NCBI GenBank assembly: GCA_944376445.1
Contig: CALWCR010000131.1
Location: forward strand, 1 to 56,066
From: an uncultured Clostridia bacterium
GTDB taxonomy: Bacteria; Bacillota; Clostridia; Christensenellales; Borkfalkiaceae
Direction: 5' to 3'
Length of the DNA stretch: 56,066 bases
Both the position numbers and the translations under genes were made by a program. The notes beneath the pieces were generated by a model that did not search any database, had not been told where the DNA came from, and was given only the letters and a program-made list of their open reading frames with translations. Shown piece by piece: positions 9,760-18,763 of this stretch (position 1 is the stretch's first letter; the number at the start of each line of letters is the position of its first letter).

Positions 9760-11928
9760 TTATTTGCCGAGGATGCGGATCTCGGAAATGCCCGCGATCG
9801 CCTGCTCCGACGGCTTTTCGACCGTGATGCGGACGCTCGTGATGTTTTCAAGCTCATAGAACTCCGCGAAGGCGAAGGCGCCGACATTCACATATGTGAC
9901 GACGTTCCTGCCTTCCAGATACTCGTAAAAGTCCTTATTCAGTTCCACATCTTCGAGGTAATAGGTCACCTCGTTGCCCTCGGCGTCCGTCCCGATAAAT
10001 TCCATCTTCGGGATCTTGAAGAAGATGTCGGTGGTGTTTTTGGATGTATAGACGAGCACCGCGCGGACGGAGCGGCCCTTCGCAAAGTCAAAGGTGAAGG
10101 TCGAAGTCTCGCTGATCTGCGTCTCTTTGATATAAGTGTCCGCAAATTCGCTCGTGCCCGCGGCGAGCCCGCTGCGCAGCACGGAGAGCAGCCCGTCCGT
10201 GAGAGCGGACAGGGAAGATCCTTCCGCGAGCGCGCCGTCGGAGAGCGTGACTTCCGCCTCGTCGGCGATGTTTTTATACTCCGCAAATTTTTCGATGCGG
10301 GGCTGCGGCACGCCCAGAGGGCCGTTCGCATACAAGACGTCGAGATCGTTGCCGTCCTTATCCTTGACGGTGACCCATTTGAGCTCGTCGATGTTGCCGT
10401 GGCGCTGGGTATCCTGCGCGACGGGATCGTCGTGGGTATGGTAGTAGATGAACAGCTGGTCCCCGATCGTGATGATGGAGTTATGCCCCGTGCCCGTCAC
10501 CTCGTTGGAGCCGGAATCCTGCCCCGAAAGGATGACGCCGCCCTCCTCGGGACGCAGCTTGCGCCAGCCTTCGTTCGGCTTATCGGAGACCGCCTGCATG
10601 ACGCGGTAGGTGTTATCCCTGTAATTGCCGATGGAGAAGGTCATGTAATACTTGCCGTCATGATAGATGACTTCGGCGCCTTCGTTGACGTGCGAATCGT
10701 CACCGCCGTATTCGCCGCGCACATCCGTCCTGTCCGACTCGTAGGAAACCCCTTCGGGCAGGGCCTGCGCTTCGTGCGACTCGTGCCCTTCCGCGCCCGC
10801 TTCGTGTTCGGGGCAGATATATTTGCCCGTGTTTTCATCGTATTCGTACTCTTCGCAGACAGCGGAAAGCTCTTTTTCAAACGATGCCACTTCCTGCGCG
10901 TTGAGATAATCTTCCGCCGTGTAGAACCACGAACAAACGACGGGGCGCGCCTCGGAAAGGTTCGGATACAGCCAGTCGTTGTGATACATCGGGCAGCAGT
11001 AGATGTTGTTGTTGTCGTCGTTTTCCGTCCAATACAGCCACTTGTTCCCCTCTTCGTCTACAAAGGGATGCGGGTCGATCGTGGACGTGTAGCCCGCGCT
11101 GCCCGACTGAAGTCCGGGCATCTTCTCGTTTTTCTCGACGGACTGATACTTCGTCAGATATTTGATATAGTCTTCCTGCGGGAAATAGCCGTACCTCGCG
11201 TAGGGCAGCTTGTCGTCGGGATAGGCGAAGCGGTACAGCTCGCCGATATTCTCTTCCGTGACCGCCTGCGCGTTGCCGTTTTCGTCCACGCCGTAAGGCA
11301 TATCCTCTTTGGTGGAAAGGGGCGTGCCCTCGTCCGTGCATACGTTGCGGTATTCCTGGTGCTCCAGATCGTTCATGTTGACCAGGCTGTACGGCCCGCG
11401 CGCCGTGTCGCTGGTGGCGACGAACAGTACCTGATGGCGGTTGGTCTTCGTGCTGGAAATGAGCCCCGCGCCGCCGCCGTATTCTTCCGACTCGCCGTAT
11501 GTGGAGAAGAAGAGATAGTAAAGCCCGTCTCCGCCGTTGGCGGTCTCATCGTATACGATCTCGGGCGCCCAGAAAGGCGTGACGCCCACGACCGCCTTTT
11601 CCGCCTCGTTGGTCGCCTGCACGGCGGGCCCGACGGGCTCGAGATCCATCATGTTTTTGGAACGGTACATATAAGCGGAGCCGTCCGTGGAAACGATGTA
11701 ATAATAGCCGTCGCGTTCGGTATTGTCGAACACGAACGGGTCGGCGGAGACCCCTTTGAGCCCGTTGCGGAAGAACAATTCTTCGTTGATCCGCATATCG
11801 CCGTTGACGTTCGTTTCCTCCCCCGAATAAAAATCGATCGCCGTACCTTCATTGTACGAGCAGCCCGCCAGCAGCGCGCTGCCGCCGAGCATGAGCGCCA
11901 GCAAAACGCTCAGACACCTCTTTTTCAT
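9760..11928 (-). CDS. GH43 five-bladed beta-propeller glycoside hydrolase lipoprotein with a C-terminal beta-sandwich (CBM32/F5-8-like) domain
   Basis: Lipobox LLAGC. GH43 motifs ADPFVF, WAPEI, IDPHPF, NEGAE and GTGHNS. C-terminal LSALTDG...GISEIRILGK. ATG 11928 preferred over TTG 11931. Confidence 0.88.
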   Translation of the reverse strand: MKKRCLSVLLALMLGGSALLAGCSYNEGTAIDFYSGEETNVNGDMRINEELFFRNGLKGVSADPFVFDNTERDGYYYIVSTDGSAYMYRSKNMMDLEPVGPAVQATNEAEKAVVGVTPFWAPEIVYDETANGGDGLYYLFFSTYGESEEYGGGAGLISSTKTNRHQVLFVATSDTARGPYSLVNMNDLEHQEYRNVCTDEGTPLSTKEDMPYGVDENGNAQAVTEENIGELYRFAYPDDKLPYARYGYFPQEDYIKYLTKYQSVEKNEKMPGLQSGSAGYTSTIDPHPFVDEEGNKWLYWTENDDNNNIYCCPMYHNDWLYPNLSEARPVVCSWFYTAEDYLNAQEVASFEKELSAVCEEYEYDENTGKYICPEHEAGAEGHESHEAQALPEGVSYESDRTDVRGEYGGDDSHVNEGAEVIYHDGKYYMTFSIGNYRDNTYRVMQAVSDKPNEGWRKLRPEEGGVILSGQDSGSNEVTGTGHNSIITIGDQLFIYYHTHDDPVAQDTQRHGNIDELKWVTVKDKDGNDLDVLYANGPLGVPQPRIEKFAEYKNIADEAEVTLSDGALAEGSSLSALTDGLLSVLRSGLAAGTSEFADTYIKETQISETSTFTFDFAKGRSVRAVLVYTSKNTTDIFFKIPKMEFIGTDAEGNEVTYYLEDVELNKDFYEYLEGRNVVTYVNVGAFAFAEFYELENITSVRITVEKPSEQAIAGISEIRILGK

Positions 11929-11967
11929 CAAAATTCCTCCTTGCTGATTGTTGCGGCACCGACCGCG

Positions 11968-12873
11968 TTATCCTTTGACGCCGCCCATGGAGATCCCCTC
12001 GATGAACAGCTTCTGGCAGAAGCAGTACAAGACGACGAGCGGGAGCATCCCGAGCAGCATGGACGCACAGCGTATATTGACGTCGTTGGGGAAAATTTCC
12101 TGCATTTTGGAAAGTGCCAGCTGCAGCGTCCACGTGCTCGCATCGTCCTGCGGGAGATAGAGCAGCGGGCCCATGTAGCTGTTGTAGCCGCCGACAAAGC
12201 CGAAGATGAACTGCGCGATGAACGCGGGTACGGCGAGGGGCAGCAGCATACTGAAAAACACGCCGAATGTGCCCTTGCCGTCGATCTTGGCGGCTTCTAA
12301 GATCTCGTTCGGCACCGTCTCATAGTACATTTTTAAGAAAAATACCATGTTCATGCTGCCGAACATCCCGGGGATGATGAGCGGGAGCGCCGAATCGGTC
12401 CAGCCCAACAGATCGTAGTAGAGATAGGAAATGACGCTGAACGCCCCGAGCGGGATCATGGAGACGGCGAACGCGACCTTGAAGATGGCGTTGCGCCCGG
12501 GGAAATCCAGCTTGCTGTACGCATATGCCGAAAGCCCCGAAACGATGAGCCCCACCACGACGGGCAGAAGGGTGATCCACATGGTATTGATAAACCCGTA
12601 TGCCAGCGTGGGCAGCCCGAGCTTGGAAAGGTACGGGTCGTGCGTAAAGAGCTCTACATACGGCATCAGCGTCGGGCGGGACGGGAACCACGTGAAGGTC
12701 GCCCCCGATGCCTCTTCCGCCGGCGTGATGGAGGACACGAACAGCGTATAGACGGGCAAAAACAGGAACAGCGTCCAAATGCCGAGAACGACGTAGATGA
12801 CGATGCGGGAAAGCGGGATCTTTTTGCTCTTTCTCGCCTCTGCCGCAGGCTGAACGGTTTTGATCTCTTCCAT
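11968..12873 (-). CDS. Carbohydrate ABC transporter permease (MalG/UgpE-like)
   Basis: Several TM helices, AYAYSKLDFPGR, EAA loop EILEAAKIDG, C-terminal QKLFIEGISMGGVKG. Confidence 0.95.
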   Translation of the reverse strand: MEEIKTVQPAAEARKSKKIPLSRIVIYVVLGIWTLFLFLPVYTLFVSSITPAEEASGATFTWFPSRPTLMPYVELFTHDPYLSKLGLPTLAYGFINTMWITLLPVVVGLIVSGLSAYAYSKLDFPGRNAIFKVAFAVSMIPLGAFSVISYLYYDLLGWTDSALPLIIPGMFGSMNMVFFLKMYYETVPNEILEAAKIDGKGTFGVFFSMLLPLAVPAFIAQFIFGFVGGYNSYMGPLLYLPQDDASTWTLQLALSKMQEIFPNDVNIRCASMLLGMLPLVVLYCFCQKLFIEGISMGGVKG

Positions 12874-12875
12874 CG

Positions 12876-13898
12876 TCAACCCTCCATGCGCTTTTCGCGC
12901 CGCGAATACAGGAACACCGAGACGGGCGCCACGAGCAGGAACAAGATCCAGCTGATGGCGGACGCCGCAGACAGCGCGACGGGATCGGAGCCGCGGTGAT
13001 CGTTAAAGTAGAAGACGAGCCGCATGAGCGTGAGCGCCATGTGGTCCTCCCCGCCGATGGTGGAACCCCACGGGTCGGGGACGATGAGGGCGGCCATGTC
13101 GTAAAGCAGGAGCCCCGCGCCGATGCCCGCGATCAGCAGATAGAAGATGGTGGGCATGATGCCGGGGATGGTCACATACCAGAACCTCTGCCATGCACCC
13201 GCGCCGTCCAGCGACGCAGCTTCATACTGCGCCTGTTCCACGTTGGCGAGCGCCGCCTTGAACATGACGGTGCCGTAAGCGGGCGCCTGCCAGATGATGG
13301 CGACGATGATCGTCCACGGGATGGTCTTCGGATTGTTTATCCAGCGTATATCCGTGCCGAAAATGGTGTTCAGGATGCCTTGGGGCTGGCCGAGGAACAT
13401 CCAGTTCCACATGAACGCGACCGAAACGGAAGAGCAGATATGCGGGATGAAGAACAGTATCTGAAATACCTTGCTCCCCTTGACCTTGGTCGCCAGAAGG
13501 ACGGACAGCACCAGCGCGATGAGCAGGGTGACGAACTGCGTGCAGCCGAGCCACACGGTGATGCCGAGCGATTTCCAGAACACGGAGGAAAAGTCGCGCG
13601 CAAATTGCGTACCCTTGCCGAAGCTCCCGTCAAAGATCATGCGGAAGCCGTTGAAATCGTTCCAGCTGAAGGAGATCCCCTGCCAGTCGATGGACACGTC
13701 GCAAAAGAGCGCCACGATGGAAATGACGAGGGGCGCCGTGCTGAACAGCAAAAAGCCGAGCATGGGAAGCAGCGCCAGAAACAATGCGAGCAGGGAATGC
13801 GCCGTCCACTTCTTTTTCTGCAGCTGCCTGCTCTGCTGAGGGCGGGGCGCAGAGACCGCCCCGTCCTCGGCAGCGCTTAAAATTTCCGTGCGTTCCAT
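12876..13898 (-). CDS. Carbohydrate ABC transporter permease (MalF/UgpA-like)
   Basis: TM helices and EAA loop YEAASLDGAGAWQRFWYVTIP. Confidence 0.95.
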   Translation of the reverse strand: MERTEILSAAEDGAVSAPRPQQSRQLQKKKWTAHSLLALFLALLPMLGFLLFSTAPLVISIVALFCDVSIDWQGISFSWNDFNGFRMIFDGSFGKGTQFARDFSSVFWKSLGITVWLGCTQFVTLLIALVLSVLLATKVKGSKVFQILFFIPHICSSVSVAFMWNWMFLGQPQGILNTIFGTDIRWINNPKTIPWTIIVAIIWQAPAYGTVMFKAALANVEQAQYEAASLDGAGAWQRFWYVTIPGIMPTIFYLLIAGIGAGLLLYDMAALIVPDPWGSTIGGEDHMALTLMRLVFYFNDHRGSDPVALSAASAISWILFLLVAPVSVFLYSRREKRMEG

Positions 13899-13900
13899 GA

Positions 13901-15757
13901 TCAGGTCCTCTTCGTGTAGATGCCGATGCCCTTGATGGCGTCGTTGGCGTCTTTCGTCCTGTCTTTGAGGAATTGATCGATGGTGATATCGCCGCGGCGC
14001 ACGTCATCGTTGAGCACGTCGGACCAGGTGGTGATCCAGGCGTCGTTGGAGTCATACGACCAGTCGCCCACATACGAATTGCTGTTGGCGAACAGCGCCG
14101 CGTACATATTGTCCGTCACCCTGCCTTCGGCGCCGAGGAACTCCTCGTCGTCCATGAACGAACTCTGCGTGGGAACGGCAGTATTGCCTTCGGAAAGGAT
14201 CGCCTGCCCTTCGGGGCCGCACGCCCATGCCATGTATTTGAGGGCGGCTTCGCGGTTGGCGGGATCGGAGTTGGCGGGAAGGAACATACCCGCCGTCATC
14301 GGCTCGGTGACCGTGACCGCTTCGCCGACGACGGGGACTTGCTCCCCTTCGGAATTTTCCGCCGTCTTGAGATCGCCCGTATAGCCGTCTTCGCCGATGA
14401 CTTTGAGGACGCCGTCGTCATACAGATCGCCTTCATATTCGCGGTACTGCGCGAGCGGGGCGATGTCGAAGCTGTCGCCGAGCTTGGCGATATACGAGTT
14501 CTGGGTGGAATAATATTCGCAGAGCATGGGGCTCGTGCCGGCAGAGAAATACTGGGAGCGGTCGTCGACCGTGCTCTGGGCGATGCCGTAGCCGGACAGA
14601 TTGCCGTGCGCCGCATCCGTCACCTTTTTATCGGAGGGAACGCCGAGGCGGTTGAACTCCACGAACGCTTCGTACATGGAAGGAAGCTCGGCGACCCTCT
14701 TTTCGGAGAGCAGCTTGGAGCGCTCGGAAGAAGAGAGGGAATGCAGGTCCTCATAATCGAGAACGTCTCCCTGATAGTAGGTCGTTTCGTTGACTTTCAG
14801 CGTCTTGTCGATCACCAAAAGCCCTTTGGTCTCGTCGCCGAGGGTAAGTTCGTATTCCTCCCCGTTCCAGCCGATGCAGTCGCCGCCCACCGACCAGCCG
14901 TAGTTGAACCACCATTCGGACATATAGCCGTACGTTCCGGGATTCGCCTTCTGATACATCTGCGCGACGGTGCGCAGCTCCTCCCAGTTCATGGGGATGG
15001 CGTTGTTGAACACTTTGACGACCGTCTTGCCGTTCATGTTCTCGGAAGTCTTGTCCGCCAGGTCTCCCCCGACCGCTGCGGAGGTGTATTCCGCATAGCC
15101 GTGCGGCTTCAGGTTGGTCCCGTGCTCCTTATTGTAGTCGCCAAGATCCTCTTCGGGCACGGAGATGATGTTGATGCCCATCCCTTCAAACAGATCGGTG
15201 TTGTAGAAGAGCACCTGCGGGTTGTTGAAGAAAGGCAGGGCGAGCTGCGGCTGCCCCGCGCCCGCATAGAAGAAGCCGTCCTCGTCCGATTCCTGCGTCA
15301 TCTTCCACATATCCATAGATGTTTCGGGAATGCTGTCCAGGCCCAGCGCTTCGGCAAACTCCGCATCCTGCAAATACTCGTCCAAGGGCACGATGGCGTT
15401 CGCCCCGTCCAGATATTCGACGAGCACCTCTTTGAACGTCATGTTGTCGATGGTCATGATGTCGTAAAAGTTTTGTGCGTTCGGGCGGAGCTGACTGCTG
15501 ATATTGCCGACGGTGGACTGTTCGTCGATGATGACCTCGATGTCGTCCTCGACGCCCTGCGTTTCGTTATAGACGCTCGCCAAGCGCTCATACGCCTTGT
15601 CCGCCTCTTTGGTGTAGTTGATGAGCTGCACATAGAGGGTCGTACCCCTGTTGAGGCTGCCCTGCGGCGCGCCCTTTTTGCAGCCCGAAAACCCCGCCGC
15701 CGCGCCGAGCGTGATGACGCCCGCGGCGACCAATGCCAATACTTTCGACTTTTTCAT
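13901..15757 (-). CDS. Sugar ABC transporter solute-binding lipoprotein (family 1), enlarged by insertions
   Basis: Lipobox FSGC; LFYNTDLFE...WEEL; AALKYMAWACGPEGQ; adjacent to two permeases. Confidence 0.9.
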   Translation of the reverse strand: MKKSKVLALVAAGVITLGAAAGFSGCKKGAPQGSLNRGTTLYVQLINYTKEADKAYERLASVYNETQGVEDDIEVIIDEQSTVGNISSQLRPNAQNFYDIMTIDNMTFKEVLVEYLDGANAIVPLDEYLQDAEFAEALGLDSIPETSMDMWKMTQESDEDGFFYAGAGQPQLALPFFNNPQVLFYNTDLFEGMGINIISVPEEDLGDYNKEHGTNLKPHGYAEYTSAAVGGDLADKTSENMNGKTVVKVFNNAIPMNWEELRTVAQMYQKANPGTYGYMSEWWFNYGWSVGGDCIGWNGEEYELTLGDETKGLLVIDKTLKVNETTYYQGDVLDYEDLHSLSSSERSKLLSEKRVAELPSMYEAFVEFNRLGVPSDKKVTDAAHGNLSGYGIAQSTVDDRSQYFSAGTSPMLCEYYSTQNSYIAKLGDSFDIAPLAQYREYEGDLYDDGVLKVIGEDGYTGDLKTAENSEGEQVPVVGEAVTVTEPMTAGMFLPANSDPANREAALKYMAWACGPEGQAILSEGNTAVPTQSSFMDDEEFLGAEGRVTDNMYAALFANSNSYVGDWSYDSNDAWITTWSDVLNDDVRRGDITIDQFLKDRTKDANDAIKGIGIYTKRT

Positions 15758-15817
15758 TTTACCCTCCTTAGGTTTCTCTTTTTCAAAATATTTTGCCCCG
15801 GCAATGCAAACGCACCC

Positions 15818-15847
15818 CGCGCTTTCCGCAAGATCGCGGAAAGCGCG
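15818..15847. terminator. Intra-operon stem-loop (attenuator or mRNA-stabilising element)
   Basis: cgcgctttccgc-aagatc-gcggaaagcgcg, a 12-bp stem between the 967-aa gene and the SBP gene; no strong U-tract on the minus strand. Confidence 0.55.
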
Positions 15848-15859
15848 CGGCTTTTTTGC

Positions 15860-18763
15860 TTACAGCTCGGGTTCGTTTGCGCAAAGCTCCAGCTTCGCCT
15901 CTTTCAGGACGGCGTAGTTGTTGCCGTTCCCGTCATAGCGTTTGCGGAATTCCGCCTTCACGATGGGCGAATCGTCGGGGACGCCGTCCCACGTTTCGGC
16001 GCCGTTGTCCGCGTGCAGGCGCACCCATTCGCCGTCCGAATTTTTCGCCCAGGCGGAAGCCACGCCGTTTTGCACGGAGACGGTAAACCACACGCCGCTG
16101 TCCTTTTTCACCCTGTCGAATACGGAAGCATCGTCGGTGAGTTTGAAGCTGATGCCGTTGTTCTGGTCGTTGATCATGAACTTGATCTCGTAAGCGCCGT
16201 CCCAGCGCACGAACTGCAGCTCCATCGTGTCGCCGTTTTCAAAAGTGAACCTCGTTTCGGCGGCAAAGCGGGATACGTTTTCGATCTTGTCCCCTTCCAG
16301 TCCCAGATAGCCGCTGTAAACGAAGGACTTGGGGCTGCCGAGCGCGCCCAGAAGGTCGCCCGTGCCGTTTTGTTTCTGTTCGGCGACCGTAAGGCTGAGG
16401 TCTGCCGCCGCGATCTCCAGCTCGAGCACGCCGTCCGCCTTCGCGTCCACGCTGCCGTGCTCGATCTCATAGCCGCAAACGCGCAGGCTGTAATCGTATT
16501 TGCCTTCCTTAAGGCTCGCGATCCAGGCATCCGCAGTCTCGTCGTAGCGGGTGTAGACTTCGCTCTCGCCGCCCGCAAAGACGATCTGCACGTCTTCGGG
16601 CAGGACTTTGCCCGCAACGGACGTCCTGTCGATCTTTATGGTATAGTTTTCCACCCCGAACACCGCCGCCACGGTCATGGCAATGGGCACGTTCTCAGAG
16701 ATGGTGAGCGCGTTGTCCTGCACGCGGGAGATGTATTCCTCTCCGTTGATCTTGAAGGAGAGCAGGGCGCAGCCCTCATCGGGCGTGAAGGTGAAGGTCA
16801 CGGGCGGCAGGATGGCTCCCTCTTCCGCGAAGGAGATTTTGCCGAGGGCGTCTTCCGCCGTTTCGTCCTTCACGGTGTACTGTATCGCCTGCCAGGCAGA
16901 CGCATCCCCTTCGAGGGATACGGGCACTTCGATGCCGTTGGCGCTGTCCCAGATATAGACCGCCCAATGCCCGTCCATGCCCGCGAGCGTCTCGTTACCG
17001 ACGGTGACGCCCGTCACATACAGGCGGCTCGCTTCGTCGCCCGCCAAAGAGGCGTAGATATCGAACCTCGCCCCCGTGCGCACGACGGTGAGGCAGACCC
17101 CGCTGCCGTTTGAGAACGCCTCCGCGAAGGCGTCGGGCAGCTTGTTTTTATGGCCGCTGCCGTTGGTGAGGTTAAAGTTGTTCCAGTTGTCGCTGTAATC
17201 GTCCGCAAACCCCGCATACAGCGCGCCGCCCTTCATGTTCATTTCCGCAAAGACGGCGTTGCGCATCCCCTTTGCGTTGGTCTTTTCGTTCCAGATATAG
17301 CGGATGCCGAGGCGGCTGCTCTTGCTCATCTGGGCGCTGTCAAAGGTCGCCGTGAGGGCGGAGTCGCCGAACGCCTCGTTGGTGACGGGGAAGAAGGAAT
17401 TGCCGTCGATGTTCGTGATGACGCCGTCGCCGCCGTTCACGCGGGAATAATCGTGATACCCGCCGTGGCCGTCGCCGAATTTGTCGGACGCGAACGCCCT
17501 GTACGAAAAGCGGATAACGTCCATGCTTTCCCCGTCGAACGCGACCGTCTGCGGCTCGTACAGCCCGTCGGAAACGCGCACGCGGTAGACGCCGCGGGGC
17601 AGTTTGCCTGCGAGCTTGCCTTCTTTGGCGGCGAACTCGTATTTTTCTTTGCCTTCAAAGATGACGCTGACGCCGTCGAGCGCCGTCTTTTCGCCGAAGC
17701 GCACCGTCTCGGCGGAGGTCTCAAAGGCGACGGGAAGATTTTTTTCAAACACCGCCTTGACGACGATGTCCTCGTTCACTTCCTGCGAACGGAGGATGAT
17801 ATAGCCGTTCTCGAAACTGCCGCCGCCGTACTGCACTTCATATTGCGTATCGTTGACGGTGAGCGATCTGAGGCGGTAGCCCTCCCCTTCTTTCACGAGG
17901 AGGGTCGTATCGTCCTGCGGCAGCGCATAGTCGCGCAGGGCCGCTTCCGCCACGGCGCTGTCTCCCTTCGCGCCCGAGATCTCCACGGAAATATCGTACA
18001 CGAGGGCGCCGCCTTTGCCGAATTCGCACAGGCTGTCCCACGAGCTCAGCGAGCTCATCTCCCAGCGGTCGGCCGCGGTATCCTGCTGCCCGTAAGAGGT
18101 GACGAGCACCGCGTCGAGGGGCAGAGAAGCGCTGCCGTCTGCCAGCGCCGCCGCGTCGAGCCCCATTCCGCTCATCGCGGAAGCGGGCAGGAAAAATTCG
18201 ACGGTATAGCCGCTGTTTTTTGCGTCGTTGACGGGCGCGCCCTGCGCCTTCGCGCCGATGAGGCAATCCTGTGCCCCGTCATACGCCGCCCAGACGCCTT
18301 CCGTCCTCTTTTCCCAGAAGAACTTGCCCGCGGGAGAAAGTTTGACTTTGTAATTTTTGAAGAGGAGCTCCACGCCGCTGTTGAGCGATTCCGCCCGTTC
18401 TTCGTTCACATATGCCGCCGTACCCTCGGCGTTCGTCACTTCGGCAGCCGCATACATCCCGCCTTCGGTGAAAAAGACGGTCATGTTCATCTCGGCGGCT
18501 TCGGCGGCGATGGTCTTGACCCTGTCCGCGTCCCCGGGAAGATCTTCGGCGTCGAGGGCATAGTTTTTCAGCCAGCGCACCGAAGAGTACATCTCTTCGT
18601 TCAGGACGCCGTCGGGATAAAAATTCTCCGACGACTCGGCGGGCGAACCGCCGTTTTCTTCTTTGTAGTCAGTCTTATACGTATTTTCGCCCGAGCAGGC
18701 CGCCAGAACGAACAGCGACATCCCGAAAACGCACGTCAAAAGGACCAACAGTATCTTTTTCAT
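15860..18763 (-). CDS. Modular surface lipoprotein, paralog of the giant protein: DOMON/CBM9-like N-terminus, InlB-like and carboxypeptidase-regulatory-like domains, a ConA-like domain and one C-terminal copy of the giant-protein module
   Basis: Lipobox LAAC. DGVLNEEMYSSVRWL and NSGVEL match the giant N-terminus. C-terminal FVYSGYLG...LQFVRWDGAYEIKF matches module FVFTGFLG...IQFITWSNDTQQIKF. Start is ATG 18763 or 18766. Confidence 0.85.
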   Translation of the reverse strand: MKKILLVLLTCVFGMSLFVLAACSGENTYKTDYKEENGGSPAESSENFYPDGVLNEEMYSSVRWLKNYALDAEDLPGDADRVKTIAAEAAEMNMTVFFTEGGMYAAAEVTNAEGTAAYVNEERAESLNSGVELLFKNYKVKLSPAGKFFWEKRTEGVWAAYDGAQDCLIGAKAQGAPVNDAKNSGYTVEFFLPASAMSGMGLDAAALADGSASLPLDAVLVTSYGQQDTAADRWEMSSLSSWDSLCEFGKGGALVYDISVEISGAKGDSAVAEAALRDYALPQDDTTLLVKEGEGYRLRSLTVNDTQYEVQYGGGSFENGYIILRSQEVNEDIVVKAVFEKNLPVAFETSAETVRFGEKTALDGVSVIFEGKEKYEFAAKEGKLAGKLPRGVYRVRVSDGLYEPQTVAFDGESMDVIRFSYRAFASDKFGDGHGGYHDYSRVNGGDGVITNIDGNSFFPVTNEAFGDSALTATFDSAQMSKSSRLGIRYIWNEKTNAKGMRNAVFAEMNMKGGALYAGFADDYSDNWNNFNLTNGSGHKNKLPDAFAEAFSNGSGVCLTVVRTGARFDIYASLAGDEASRLYVTGVTVGNETLAGMDGHWAVYIWDSANGIEVPVSLEGDASAWQAIQYTVKDETAEDALGKISFAEEGAILPPVTFTFTPDEGCALLSFKINGEEYISRVQDNALTISENVPIAMTVAAVFGVENYTIKIDRTSVAGKVLPEDVQIVFAGGESEVYTRYDETADAWIASLKEGKYDYSLRVCGYEIEHGSVDAKADGVLELEIAAADLSLTVAEQKQNGTGDLLGALGSPKSFVYSGYLGLEGDKIENVSRFAAETRFTFENGDTMELQFVRWDGAYEIKFMINDQNNGISFKLTDDASVFDRVKKDSGVWFTVSVQNGVASAWAKNSDGEWVRLHADNGAETWDGVPDDSPIVKAEFRKRYDGNGNNYAVLKEAKLELCANEPEL

